Of a DNA stretch of 64,000 bases, positions 44,039-59,062 are shown piece after piece. Under the pieces are notes generated by a model. That model did no database searches and was not told the DNA's origin. It worked only from the letters and a program-made list of their open reading frames with translations. This DNA is from Octopus vulgaris (taxonomy: Eukaryota). A program made the translations under genes and the position numbers. The stretch spans positions 71,858,001-71,922,000 of the forward strand of contig OX597828.1 in assembly GCA_951406725.2 (NCBI GenBank), given 5' to 3'. How positions within the stretch are numbered: the stretch's first letter is position 1; every line of letters starts with the position of its first letter.

Positions 44039-45158
44039 GGCAGGCTTTTACGCAGTTTTGATTTACCAAATTTACTCAGAAGGCTTTAGTCAGCCCGGGG
44101 TTAAAGTAGAAGACACTCGCAGTGGAACCGAACCTAAGACCACACGGCTGGGAACCAAGTCTCTTGACCACACGGCTGTGCATTATATATATGTCGCCTA
44201 GATCGATAAAATCTATATCTGTAGGACAGGCCTGGGTGTGGCTGTGTGATGTGAGGCTTGCCTCCCAACGACAAGGTTCCAGGTTCAGTCCCACTTCGCG
44301 GCACCGTGAGAGCAAGTGTCTTCTATTCTATCCTCGGGACGACCGAAGTCTTGTGAGTAGAAGGAAACTGAAAGAAGCCCGTCGTATATATGTATATATT
44401 CTTTTATTCTTTCATTTTGTTTCAGCCATTTGGATGCGGCCATGCTGGAGCACCGCCTTTAGTCGAACAAATCGCCCCCAGGATTTATTCTTTGTAAGCC
44501 TGGTACTCATTGTATCGGACACCTTTGCCAAACCGCTAAAGTAACGGGGACGTAAACACAGCAACATCAGTTGTCATGCGATGGTGGGAGACAAAACAGG
44601 GGCTTCTTTCAGTTTCCATCTACCAAATCCACTCACAAGGCTTTAGTCGGCCCGAGGTTATAGCGGAAGACACTTGCCCAAGGTGCCACGCTGTGGGACT
44701 GAACCGGGAACCATGTGGTTAGGAATACCACACAGCCACGCCTGCGCCTGCGCGTTTGCGTCTGTATCCACCACTTCCGCTTGACAACTGTTGGTGGTGG
44801 GTTTACGTGTCTGTAACATAGCTGTTCGGCAAAAAAGACCAATAAAGTAGATACCAGGATTAAAAATAAAAATAAACACTGGGGTCGATTCGTTCGACTA
44901 AAATGCTTCAAGGCGCTGCCCCAGTATGGCCGCAGTATAATGTTAAAAGACACACACACACGAGTGTGTGTCTTTCAACATTAACACATCAACACACACA
45001 CGTGTGTGTGTGTGTGGTGTGCACTCACACACGACGGGCTTCCTCACATTTTCCGCCTAGCAAATCCACTCATAAGGCCCGGGGCTTTGCCCAAGGTGCC
45101 GTGCACTCGGATTGAATCCCAAACGACGTAGTTGCAAAGCGACCTTTTTTAACGGTCA

Positions 45159-45160
<2 letters not shown>
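44035..45160. mobile_element. Cluster of about five family 1 SINE fragments in alternating orientation
   Basis: Head, body and tail motifs recur on both strands. Confidence 0.75.
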
Positions 45161-45234
<74 letters not shown>

Positions 45235-45275
45235 CATATATGCATATATATATATATATACACTTTAATATATAT

Positions 45276-45307
<32 letters not shown>

Positions 45308-45544
45308 ATATATATACACACACACACACATATATACATACATACACACATATATACATATATATATACACATATATATATACTAGTACAGGAATGGATC
45401 TACATAGAGACGAGAACTATCGAAGTCAATTATAATGAAAAACGTTCCAGCCGTGACCTTTCCTTTTCACGCTCAGGCAACTCCTAGTTACCTCCCACCC
45501 ACCTGACTTTTATCGCTAAAACACCTCCAGTACCAGTAATATAC

Positions 45545-45655
45545 TGCTATTAATTACTGCAATCGACCATTTTGACATCAGTTGTTGACCTTCTGCTTAA
45601 TTGGATAATTAAATTACGGTTAATTACATTATTAACTGCGACAGCTTAATTACAC
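45545..45655. promoter_or_regulatory. Homeodomain-site cluster with two P3 palindromes (TAATNNNATTA)
   Basis: TAAT-taa-ATTA at 45606-45616, TAAT-tac-ATTA at 45621-45631, plus flanking TAATTG and TAATTA cores in non-repetitive sequence. Confidence 0.35.
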
Positions 45656-45966
45656 CACCAGTCAAGCAAGTCTCGTTGCAAGCGTCGGTTCCTTTATTTT
45701 ACTTATTTGTTTTTTCTTGATTTTATTTGTTTATTTATTTATTTGTGCGGTTCAGTTAAAGGCGGGAAATCGACCCCTGTTGACCCTTCAAGGAGCTTCA
45801 ATGAATAGAGAAGCGTTGGTGGGGATTGTGAAGGAGGTCTTTGATATCTTAAGGTCGAAGACCTCGGCTCATAGTGCGGCCATTGACAGCACGCTCACGC
45901 TCACGCACACATGTCTCTGTGTATTTGTCATTTGTATGTGTGTGAACGCGTGTGCATATATATTGA

Positions 45967-46010
<44 letters not shown>

Positions 46011-46013
46011 ACA

Positions 46014-46572
46014 CACGAAGGTGAGTCAAAAACTAACGCCAGTTTGTTTAGGACAGGTGTAATTACCAACACAGGAACATGTATCATACATCAAAATGAA
46101 GCTTATTATGAGTTTATTATTTTTCCTTTTGGCAAGAAATCGACCAGAATGACCCCATGAGCATCCCAAAAGACAGTCACCATGATTTTTTCCAGCTGAC
46201 TTTTGAATCTTGAACTTTTGCGGTGGTAGTGACATAGAGTGGTGCCATTCCATTGACTGCATCTTTGATTCCGGTTCATAATGATGAACCCATGTTTCAT
46301 CATCTGTTACGAGCCTTCGAAAGAAGGTGTTGTCTCTTTGACTTTGTAGCGAAGAAGTGGCTCAAAGAACAGTCAACAGAATTTTACGGGGCAGGGGTAC
46401 ATGCTCTCATTGGAAGGTGGTACATTGCTATTGAGAGAAACGGTGACAATATTGAGAAGTAGGAATGTGATCCAAAGAGGACCGGCTTCGTTTTGATGTA
46501 TGATGCATGTTCCTCTGTTGGTAATTATACCTGTGCTAAACAAAATGGCATTACATTTTGACTCACACTGAT
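46014..46572. mobile_element. Rearranged non-autonomous Tc1/mariner element
   Basis: About 85-bp terminal inverted repeats (gtgagtcaaaa...catcaaaa.gaagc). Minus strand gives SAGK/IMVTVFWDAHGVILVDFLPKG; plus strand gives EFYGAGVHALIGRWYIAIERNGDNIEK*. Confidence 0.82.
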
Positions 46573-46580
46573 ATATATAT

Positions 46581-46631
<51 letters not shown>

Positions 46632-46641
46632 ATATTATATA

Positions 46642-47130
46642 CTAGCAGCATAGCCCGGCGTTGCCCGGTATGTAAGAAACTTTGTCGATAAGCAATGCCC
46701 TTTACCTTTTTACCCTTTTTTGTACTCACTGAACCGTTATTTTGTAAAATGAAGTCTAAAAGGCATTAAGACATTCAAGGCACCGTTCCCTTGCATACAT
46801 GAAGAAGTAGGGAAAATCTATGTGAACTTTCAAAAAATATCACAGAAAAATCGGTTTGCTATGTGTGCCACATATGATGTAATTAACCGATTTTTTCCAG
46901 TAATAACGTATCCTATTGGAATCAAAAAGGCCATATAGCTCCTTGGAGCAGACATAATACTCGCTGTGAATTTCAAAAAAAATTCCTGCCAATTTGTTAA
47001 AGATATTGTCGAAAATATGTCATCTTGAATTTGAACGCGATTTCCCAAAATGGCATGATTTTATCGATTTTTTCTTATGGTAAGGTATTGAATGGAAAAC
47101 TAACGTCAGAATTAAGTTCCTTAGGGTAAC
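46642..47130 (-). mobile_element. Helitron-like element 3' end
   Basis: Minus strand ccgggcaacgccgggctatgctgCTAG^T is nearly identical to the 32871-32898 terminus; the 5' limit is approximate. Confidence 0.6.
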
Positions 47131-47139
47131 ATTAAGCTT

Positions 47140-47905
47140 CATCATGAGTTTGGTGCGTGATCTTGGGATTGATATAAGCAGCGATGCCTCGTTTCACATG
47201 CATATCACCAAGATGGCGGCAGTGTGCAGGCAAATGGCTGGCTGGATCCTGAGAACCTTCAGAACAAGGGACCAGGAAACTATGTTGGTCCTCTGGAGGA
47301 CATTTGTCCCCAGTCGTCTGGACTACTGCTCTCAGTTGTAGTTACCTTACGGTGCCGGATTACTAACGGAACTTGAGGCAGTTCAGCGATGCTATACAAG
47401 AAAGATTGCATCAATGGAACAGCCAAGCTACTGGGAGAGACTAAAAGAGCTCCGACTCTACTCCTTGGAGCGAAAACGGGAGAAGGACGCAGTGATACAT
47501 ATGTGTGGAAGATACTAGAGGGGCTGGCATTAGATTTTGGAATAGAGAGTTATACCAGTCCTCGAATTGGACGTCTCTGCACTATTCCAAAAGACCCAGG
47601 TGTTCAATCTAAGGTGAGGACCATGTGCTGCAATAGCTTGGGATTCAAGGGCCCACAGCTATTTAACGCCTTGGCAAAACACCTGAGAGATCTTCATTGA
47701 GTAGGGGCAGATGTTTTCAAGAAACAACTTGACCTCTTGCTATCCAAGATCCCAGATGAACCAATATCAAGGTAGGAAACTCAAAAGAGGGCAGCAGTGT
47801 CAAATTCTCTCCTTCACCAAAAGCCAATCACATCGAATTGGCCAATTAAATGGTGATTATACTACCGGTGCCCCAGCATGGCCACAGCCTTAGGGCTGAA
47901 AGATA
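47140..47905 (+). mobile_element. CR1-like LINE 3' fragment with 3' tail
   Basis: VRDLGIDIS...GWILRTFRTRD...SRLDYCSQL and GPQLFNAL...FKKQLD segments, frameshifted. Confidence 0.82.
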
Positions 47906-47912
47906 TAAAAGA

Positions 47913-47943
<31 letters not shown>

Positions 47944-48473
47944 AATACATATATATACACACACATGCATATATATATACACACACATATATATATGCAC
48001 AAACACATATATACATGCATATATATGTATATAATTATATCTATATGTTATATGATCTCTTCATAACATCAGTAAATATAGTTGTATATGATAAATGTAA
48101 TCATTTATAAATATGGTTAATATATTAGAAATATGTTGCAAAATATATTGTCTTAATTTGTAATAGGAGTGAAAGAGGACAGACGCCTATTTAATTAATT
48201 AAATTAAATTAAGTTAATTACGTATTACACAGTAATCATTGTATACGCTATTTGTAATGTAGCAAGCGGTAAATATTTTTCGCAACATACCGGAACCGTC
48301 AGTCGAGTGTGACAATTGTGAAACCGCTAATCGGTTCATTGCAATAAACCGCCAGCCTATCCATATCAGTATCAACATATATGCGTGTGTGTGTGTATGT
48401 ATTATATGTATGTATATGCAAGTATATATATATATATATGAATATATATATATATGCATATATTTGTTGATAT

Positions 48474-48589
<116 letters not shown>

Positions 48590-48659
48590 CTAAGAGAATG
48601 AATATCTCTCCCCATCTTGAGTGTATTTGTACATAGCTATCTATCTATGTAATGTATAC

Positions 48660-48757
<98 letters not shown>

Positions 48758-50121
48758 CGTGTTATTTATTCTGTTCTCCGTGGGAGCATAAGATGTTATA
48801 TGAAGTTCTGATGAGAATCAAATGAGGCGTGAAACCTGTCAAATAGTACCCTTTTTTTTTCTTTTTTTGGCCCACAAAAAGAAAGAAAAAGTCCCTTTTT
48901 TTTCATAAATGTCGTAATACAAAAACGGCTGCGATGTTGTGCTACCAAAAGCAGTTTCCGTCGCGCCACATTTCAGGGAAACCAAATGTCAAACAGTCAC
49001 TTTTAATAAAGATCTCTTTTAAGTTTTCGAAAGAAAGATGAAAATTAAAATCGAATAATTTTTTTGAGGTGGTCAGTCTTTGGCAATAAAAACATAAATC
49101 TTTTTCAAAAAAATTTGTAAAATAAGATTACACATTCCGTGGCGATGTGATTTGTGAGGTTTTAGTTTTCTCAAAATCCTTCTAATTCCTTCGATGATGG
49201 AACACTGATGAGTCAGGCACCACCTGTCCTCGTGGCACACCAGCTTATCCCATTTTACAAATAGTCTCAAGTTCTTTGGATCGTTTACAGCATTAAACCT
49301 CAACCATTTGTAAATTAACCCCACTCCCCCACTTCTTAAACAAACGCCGCCCCTCTTCCCCAATACTTGCCAAAACATTTGTTTTAAAATACAGTTTATT
49401 TCAACGAAAGCAGCCGTTGATTATCTGCCACTTATTAAACTCTAATTATCTGCTCTCGTTTATTATCTGTTTTCCTGTACGACCCATCCAACACCCAGCA
49501 CTTTTTCGATATTTACGTGAATATGTACCCCGCTGTGATAGCTTTTGGTGGCTGTCATCATATTATACGTGGGTTTATGCAACGAAATTATATCGGAACT
49601 TGGCATCTCATCAATCATTTCTGCTCACTGATAACACAATGTCTGACTCTTGTTTTAATCGTGACAAAGATTTTTCTTTTTAAATATGTTTAAGATATAG
49701 GGATTGTATCGCGTTTGTTTTTCTAAGAAAAAATATCACATTTCAAAATACCCATTATACTACTTATAATGTAAAATTGATATCTATAAATAAAGATGCA
49801 TGGCGTTTGTCATAGGCAATCACGTTATCACACAGATATTCCTAGGTAGAGACGTATGTTATCAAAGGTAGATATCAATAAATAAAGCTGTATATCATGT
49901 GTTATATCATATATATATATCATGATATCACGGTTTGTTATATCATGATATGATATATCATAGACAATTGTTGAAATCTGTTTTATATCAGAGAGGTACG
50001 TTATGACGTGTGTGTGTAGGTGCTTACATAGATATGATATAAAACAAATACAACACACACACATATGTATACATACATACATACATACATACATACATAC
50101 ATACATACATACATACATACA

Positions 50122-50152
<31 letters not shown>

Positions 50153-50802
50153 TTAAATAATTGATGTTGGCATCCTTTTATCTCAGGAGACAATGGAGTT
50201 GCGCATAAAATAATCTAGTCTGGTTTTTACATTTCATGTCCTTTACATCTTCTGCTGTGGCTGTGTAGTCCTATCCTGGACAAACACTCCCTTTGACAGG
50301 TGACGCAGATGTAGCTGCTATTTTTTACAGCAGCATTGAAGTGTCCTCTCCAGTTTTGCGCAGGCCTGGGCTGGATGTAAGAAAATCCTGGGTAGCCCAA
50401 TCGTCAGGATTCCTCTCTCGACCTTGCTGACGTAGTCCAAAGGAGTGCAGAGCATTACGTTTGGCACCAGCTTGGTTGCAGGAGCTGCCGGAAGAGTATC
50501 AAGTCGAACACTAAACCGCATAAGGGGCTCCACCCCAGATTTCTTTGAAGGTTGTCTCCTTTCCGTAACCCTGGATAGGGGACTATGCCGGGCACTGTCA
50601 GCCGGAGCTAGCTGAGCCTGGGACTCGTGTCAGACAGGGTCGTTACTCCCTGAAGTAGTGAAGAAAATCGCTACCCACTACCTGCAAATTTAAATAAGGG
50701 TAAAATATTGAATATTAATTTGATTAATGTCAGTTTAAAAGCAGTGGCCTAACATATTGAAAACATCTGAAGATTCAGAAAAATTATGTTACATACATAT
50801 AG

Positions 50803-50930
50803 GTGGACATCCAATATGCTAGATGTAGACCCCATATGGTCTGACTTCTAAGAAAAGATTGTTCTCTTGAGAACAATCTTTTCTTGGTGGTCAGATCATA
50901 TGGGATCTACATCTAGCATATTGGATTTCC
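50803..50930. repeat. Palindrome of about 128 bp
   Basis: tccaatatgctagatgtaga...aagaaaagattgttctc / gagaacaatcttttctt...tctacatctagcatattgga. Confidence 0.88.
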
Positions 50931-50949
50931 ACTTAGTGGTCATCCCCCT

Positions 50950-50982
<33 letters not shown>

Positions 50983-51001
50983 TTATACGTGTATTTGTGA
51001 G

Positions 51002-51033
<32 letters not shown>

Positions 51034-51387
51034 TCGGTATTCATGGTATAAGATATATACATATATTGTAATGCATGTGTACAAATATATGTATGCATGT
51101 ACATATACATTTTCATTGACACAAGCATGTGATATCACTCTAGGCTTTGTTATAAAGCAGATCTGGTGTAACAAAGATTAGATAACCATGTTATACCAAA
51201 TATATCTGTCTATATATCGATCTATTGCCAATGATATCAATAGTGTAACACAGGTATTTGTGGACGTCTTTGATTCGGGTGGAGAATGAGTCTTAAATTT
51301 CCTTCATTGTTTTTCTTTTTGGTTTCTTTCGTTGAATTTTATTGACCTCATGCTTCACAAAAATCCAGTCCATGCGTTTGTGCGTGT

Positions 51388-51431
<44 letters not shown>

Positions 51432-51492
51432 GTGTGTGTGTATGTCCACGGGCACACATATGTATGTCTGTGTATGCATATCTAGATTTATA

Positions 51493-51556
<64 letters not shown>

Positions 51557-51818
51557 TATACATATATATATACATATATATATACATATACATATATATA
51601 TATATACATATGCATATATAATATATAATATACATATATATATACATATATACATATATATATATACATATATATATACATATATATACATATACATATA
51701 TATATACATATGCATATATACATGTACATATATATATATACATATACATATATATACATATGCATATATATATACATATATATATAGCAATAATAATTCT
51801 CTAAAAGAGATATACATA

Positions 51819-51885
<67 letters not shown>

Positions 51886-51970
51886 ATATTAGGAAATATT
51901 ATTCCAAACTTACAGGAAAAAATTCAATTTAGTAATACTAAATCAAATTTCACAATATATAATATATGTA

Positions 51971-52260
51971 TATGAATTAGAGAAAACAAGCTTTTATCAA
52001 TTCAACAATGAAATAGCATTTATATAATTAAATTATACCATATAGAAAAAAATTAAATATGCGATAAAACATATACCAATAATTAAGTAAAGTACAAAAT
52101 AATAAATAAAAAGTATATTTATTTATCATTTTGTACTTTACTTAATTATTGGTGTATGTTTTATCGCATATTTAATGTTTTTTTTTCTGTATGGTATAAT
52201 TTATTTATATCATTGTTATTTCATTGTTGAATTGATAAAAGCTTGTTTTCTCTAATTCAT
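51971..52260. repeat. Palindrome of about 290 bp between (TA)n tracts
   Basis: atgaattagagaaaacaagcttttatcaattcaac... / ...gttgaattgataaaagcttgttttctctaattcat; related sequence at 38100-38280. Confidence 0.88.
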
Positions 52261-52289
52261 ATATATATGTATATATTTATATATATGTA

Positions 52290-52432
<143 letters not shown>

Positions 52433-52439
52433 ATTCTTT

Positions 52440-52972
<533 letters not shown>

Positions 52973-53046
52973 ACTGTTGTGTCTGGGGAGAGTCATTCTC
53001 GTTTGGTGTCTTATTTAACACACACTGGTAAAGTTAGTTATTATTC

Positions 53047-53083
53047 CTAAAATTTTCGTTGCGTCTTGCAACCTTTCCAATAG
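53047..53083 (-). ncRNA. Minimal hammerhead-like motif, U3-A8 type (family E)
   Basis: cta-TTGGAAA-g-gttgc(aagac)gcaac-GAAA-AT-TT-tag; sister copies at 55352-55390(-) and 55421-55457(+) have TTGAAAA or CTGAAAA cores but G12A. Confidence 0.5.
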
Positions 53084-53272
53084 TGGCTGACTCTAAAAAC
53101 GAAATATATATATATATATGAATGAGAAGATGAAGACACATTCAAAAAGGTTTTTTAAAACCTATGCGTTTCAATGATAGACTAATATACTTGCTTTTCA
53201 CTGAACGCTGGTAAAAACCAGAGAACTACGATGCTTCCATCTCTTAAGAGACTTTAGTTCCTTCACTAAATA

Positions 53273-53336
<64 letters not shown>

Positions 53337-53490
53337 TTGTATGTGCGAATAAGTATAATATAATATATTATACATCAATAAATATATATATATATATAGC
53401 ATATATAAATGTATACATGCATATATGTATGCACACACATACATATATAAATGACTATATTTATACGTATATGTTTTATAAATGTATATA

Positions 53491-53565
<75 letters not shown>

Positions 53566-53648
53566 TTGTATGTATGTATACACGTATATACTTATGCATA
53601 CATGTATTTATAAATGTATATACTTATCTATCTATCTATTTATCTATC

Positions 53649-53686
<38 letters not shown>

Positions 53687-53855
53687 TAAATATATATATA
53701 AAACTGCTAGGGAATGCGATGTCGGATGACGTAAGATAAAAGCGGGCATCGAATTTGTGTTGCGACCGAATTCTATCCTGATGCTGCGAAGTAGTTGCCA
53801 GACAAGGGAGAATTGGCAATGGGCATTGAATCGATGAAACTGGTATGTGCAGAAT

Positions 53856-53900
<45 letters not shown>

Positions 53901-54250
53901 GGGGGGTAGAGAGAGAGAGAAAAACAAGCAAACAATTGATATTGGACAAGAATATGATAATTATATATATACAACATATATGGGAAAACAAGTATGTAAT
54001 GGAGAATGAAAGACAGGGGTTGTGAATGACAGGGGTTCTATGTATTGTATAAAGGGAAATGTGTCATTATCTGACCCGATACCTGCTGTTTGCCAATCAT
54101 TTTATTTTATTATACATACATACACTTACATATGCAATTATATACATACATACATACATACATATATGCACATACATAGATATATATGTGTGTGTAAACG
54201 TACATGTGTATGTATATCTATCTTTGCATATATACACACATAGATGTTTG

Positions 54251-54300
<50 letters not shown>

Positions 54301-54504
54301 CATATATATATATATATGTATGCACGTGTACACTCACGCACGTATATACATGTGAGGTTGCGTTTGTGTGCGCATAAATAGGTATGCATGTATGGGTTCA
54401 TAGTATTGAGACGTATAGATACAGAAGCTGAAAAATCCCCCTCCTCACACACACATATATATATAGATATATAAATATATATGTATGTATACATATATAT
54501 ATGC

Positions 54505-54548
<44 letters not shown>

Positions 54549-54575
54549 ATATATACATGTATATACACATGTATG

Positions 54576-54682
<107 letters not shown>

Positions 54683-54731
54683 TCTTCTAAGAGTTATACG
54701 TTCTTGTCCATGTTGTATTTTTCTTCATACC

Positions 54732-54803
<72 letters not shown>

Positions 54804-55006
54804 ATATTTCGGAATGATGGGTATATGTCGGTTAGTGTGTTGAAGTGTTGGGTAAAGCACTTATACAGTTTGGGGCTACCTGGTGTCATCCACAGTCGGG
54901 GTATATTTCCGTTGGATCTACTTCAGGAACCTTCGCAGTGGTAGTTGAGATAATAATGATAATTTCGTAAATAAGCAGAAGACGGATTTGTTATCAATCT
55001 TTATTT

Positions 55007-55112
55007 TGTACAACGATTATTTCGACCCACCCTGCTAGTGTCCCTTACGGGCGGGACTCCGGTCAACATTTTGTGTTGCATCAATTTTGCAGCCTGGCTC
55101 TCATCAGGTACA
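55007..55112 (-). ncRNA. Type I hammerhead with long multibranched stem II
   Basis: tgtac-CTGATGA-gagcca..ctgc...gcag..tgggtc-GAAA-TAATCG-TT-gtaca; stem I 5 bp. Confidence 0.58.
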
Positions 55113-55269
55113 TCCATACATAAAGTTGTGTCTCGCTAAAGATCCTGAGTTTTGGCTGTCATATCGTTATATGCCCGTCTGGTTAGGGAATCAGACACTG
55201 CTACAATTTTCAATCACTATTATCTTTCTTCAATAAGAATTACAAACACTTGCAAATATAGGCAAATGG

Positions 55270-55610
55270 CCTGGGGAGAGACATTCTCTTTTAGTGCCTT
55301 ATTATTTAACACACTCACGGTAAAATTTCCACTTATTTCTTATTTTTATTTTCTAAAATTTTTGTTGCGTCTTGCAACCTTTTCAATAGACTTGAGAGTC
55401 AATAGTCTTGAGAATCAAGACTACTGAAAAGGTTGCAAGACGCAACAAAAATTTTAGAAAATAAAAATAAGAAATAAGTGGAAATTTTACCGGTGAGTGT
55501 GTTACATAATAAGGCACAAAAAGAAAATGACTCTCCCCAGACACAACAGAATGTGCTTCAACACACGAACTCATATAAAGAATCTTGCAAACCAAATCCC
55601 AAAACGATAT
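55270..55610. mobile_element. Family E repeat in inverted (hairpin) configuration
   Basis: ctggggagag.cattctc...ccttttcaatag / ctactgaaaagg...gactctccccag; same family at 37700-37975 (also inverted) and 52975-53105. Confidence 0.75.
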
Positions 55611-56011
55611 AATAAAATATATATATATATATATATATATCTTTATTTATTTATTTCGTTTTTCGTATAATTTCATTTGTCTTTCTCATTTATACATTCT
55701 GGCGTTTGTTGAAATTTTCTTGAGAACACACTCTTTGTGGTAAGGCGATTTGACATCTATCTTTAGCATATCAGGAATTCACTTTGGTGGTCATTCCTCT
55801 TAATTAGTATATATAATTAAGGATAAATTATCACGGTGCGTACTGTTAGGGCTCTTAGGTATACTCCCGATTACGGCTAACAACATCAAGCGAGAAGAAG
55901 CGCCAAGGGTCACTCAGGGTGAGCAATCCCAATATAAATTATTTTGATGGTTAAATCTGCGTTCGCTTCCCTGGATTATGGATATTTTCGTGAGTTTACA
56001 TACAAGAGCAA

Positions 56012-56171
56012 TTACAGAGAGTACGGAGACCGGTACATATTCAAATTTTCCTTTAATTTAAGTTAATTATACAGTTTAATTAGTTAGTTGAGCTAACAAA
56101 TTATACTGCATAATGAACAGTTAAATTAAAGCAAAAATTTGAAGCTGTACCGGTCTCCGTATTCTTTGTAA
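56012..56171. repeat. Inverted repeat (about 38 bp arms)
   Basis: attacagagagtacggagaccggtaca / tgtaccggtctccgtattctttgtaat. Confidence 0.8.
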
Positions 56172-56235
56172 TCGTTTTGCATTTATACTCACGTATACAT
56201 ACATGTGTGTGCGGGGGTGCATATTATATATATGC

Positions 56236-56283
<48 letters not shown>

Positions 56284-56779
56284 GCGTACATAAATGCATT
56301 TATAAACACAAATAAATGAGTATGAAATATGAAAATATATGTATGTATATATATATATATATGTGCATATATATATATATATATATATATACATTACATA
56401 CATATGTATATTTATATACGTACAATTATACATGCATAATGATATATGTATATGTGTATATATATAAATATATATGTATATATATATGTATATACATATA
56501 TATATATACGTATATGTATATATATACATATATATATATACATATATGTATATATATATATGTATACATATATGTATATACACACACATGTATATATATA
56601 TATATGCATACACATACATACATGCATGCATAAATACGCATGAGTGTATGTATATGTAGGTATGTGAACAAAAAAGATGGCAATAAAGAAAGGATGCTGC
56701 TCCAAAGGAAATGAAGACATGCACATACATATAATTATGCTGATATATATATATATATGTGTGTTTGTATGTGTGTGTG

Positions 56780-56813
<34 letters not shown>

Positions 56814-56834
56814 GATAGATATAGATATATATAC

Positions 56835-56890
<56 letters not shown>

Positions 56891-56907
56891 ATATATGTAT
56901 CTATATA

Positions 56908-56976
<69 letters not shown>

Positions 56977-57012
56977 ACATATATATATATACATATATAT
57001 ACATATATATAC

Positions 57013-57075
<63 letters not shown>

Positions 57076-57459
57076 TGTGAGTCTATATACACACACACAA
57101 AATGTACAGGTGAAAGAGAGACAGGTGAAAGAACAACAAACGCGTTGTATTAGTTTGACGCTCAGAAAAAAATAGAAGTGTTTGACGTTTCAAGTGTTTG
57201 CTCTTCTGGAGAAATAAATGAAGAATGAAAAAATGGAGAGAGAGAAAAAAAGGAAGTTTCCGCACATGCTTGAACGCATATCATGTCAGACGTTCTTCTT
57301 TTTAAAAGCGGTGCCGCCTGATCCCACGCAAATTACAGTTATTTGATTTTCAATTTTCAATATGTGCTCGACTCTGTCAGACACTGCAGCCGCAGCCGCC
57401 ACCAACACCACCACTACCATCACCGCCGCCATCACCACCAACGCCGCCAACACCATTAT

Positions 57460-57517
<58 letters not shown>

Positions 57518-57906
57518 CAAGCAACACATGGTCGAACAATATGCTAGAAATAGGAGCCTAATCTCATTTATAACACAACTTGCCACCTTTAAAAAAGAAG
57601 ACACATTGCACAGTGATAAAACTTTAAGCAGACTTATCCGAAAAGTAAAGTTGGGATGGCCATATTTGGGACAGCGTTCGCTACAGGCCTTCTCGGTCAA
57701 GGCTGACCTTGAACATTAAACATCAACAATATTCATCAAGCTTCATTAAGGTGTTTCCCACTTTAAGGAAGTTGTAAAGTGAAACAGGTGAGTAGAAGGT
57801 GTGTATCAGGTGTGCGAAAGTTTGATACCGTGGTCATGAATACATTTTGGCTTGGTCAGCAACATACACGTGAGATGTCGTTGATCATCATCGACAGTGT
57901 TTATAA

Positions 57907-57963
<57 letters not shown>

Positions 57964-57970
57964 CATATAC

Positions 57971-58019
<49 letters not shown>

Positions 58020-58031
58020 CATACATACATA

Positions 58032-58087
<56 letters not shown>

Positions 58088-58295
58088 ACATATATTCTTT
58101 TGCTCTTTTATTCCTCTGCTTGTTTCAGTCATTTGACTGCGGTCATGCTGGAGCACCGCCTTTATAGACAGACACACACACACGCACACACACATACAAA
58201 TATATATTTGTTAAAGAGAACAACAAACATTAAGACATGGCAAACATCTCAAGTTGTATACGGTATTATTATTATTGTTGGAAAAGAAATTCAAA

Positions 58296-58351
58296 GTCTT
58301 ACAGCTGTTTCTGGGATGTCCCCGAGTACGGGATATTCTGTCATCAGAGAC
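58296..58351 (-). ncRNA. Type I hammerhead motif (family C), canonical core
   Basis: gtct-CTGATGA-[imperfect stem II with cccg(tact)cggg]-GAAA-CAGCTG-TA-agac. Confidence 0.68.
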
Positions 58352-58427
58352 AAATAGGGGAAAATAGGGAAAATGAAAATGGTATATATTAAGGAGATGA
58401 CGACATAGAGGAAGGGAGTAAATATAT

Positions 58428-58458
<31 letters not shown>

Positions 58459-58978
58459 TATCAGCCAAAATTTGCTATGGTGATCCGGTTTCTGACTGAA
58501 GATTTAAGGCTTCGAATGACCCGTCTGTTTTCTGTGTTCGTCCCTTTGTGTATTTCATGTTCTTGTTTCTTTATATATAATTTTTATTCCTATATATATA
58601 TATATGTATATATATATATAATTCTTAAGCTAGAATACCATTGATAGAGACTTGGAAGTTTCGGACACTTCGATAATATTCTTGTTTGGGAAATAATGAA
58701 TGTGTATTCTACAGAAGTAGAACTTAATGTCAAGTTGTTTTTTAATTATAACTGAACATAAAAAACAAACAGTAATATATATCACAATTAGAATTAGATA
58801 TTAGAATTTTCTTAGTGTTAAATAACATTTCAATAAACTGTATCTCTGTCATTTATAACTTTATACACTCTTTATCGTTTTCTATTGTATCGTACTGTAT
58901 AGTCTTTATGCTTTGTAGAATAATTATTTGAATCCATAGATTGTGACTTAATATATATAAATATGTTTATTTGTTTGT

Positions 58979-59062
58979 GCAGCTGAAGTTAGTGTTGCAT
59001 TTAAATTGATGTAATGATTGCATTGTTCAATTAAATGGAGCCGCTTGAAACGGTCGTACTGT
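58979..59062 (+). ncRNA. Homolog of the family F hammerhead (A9U)
   Basis: gcag-CTGAAGT-...-GAAA-CGGTCG-TA-ctgt; aligns along its length with 42609-42692. Confidence 0.55.

Noticed and set aside
49205-49240. CTGATGAG hammerhead core word
   Set aside because: No downstream GAAA, stem III or stem I partner.
50200-50680. GC-richer segment, possibly a LINE 5' UTR with an HDV-like ribozyme
   Set aside because: I could not fold a nested double pseudoknot by eye, and the family identity is unconfirmed.
53155-53275. GAAACGCATA half-hammerhead on the minus strand
   Set aside because: No recognisable CUGAnGA core or stem I.
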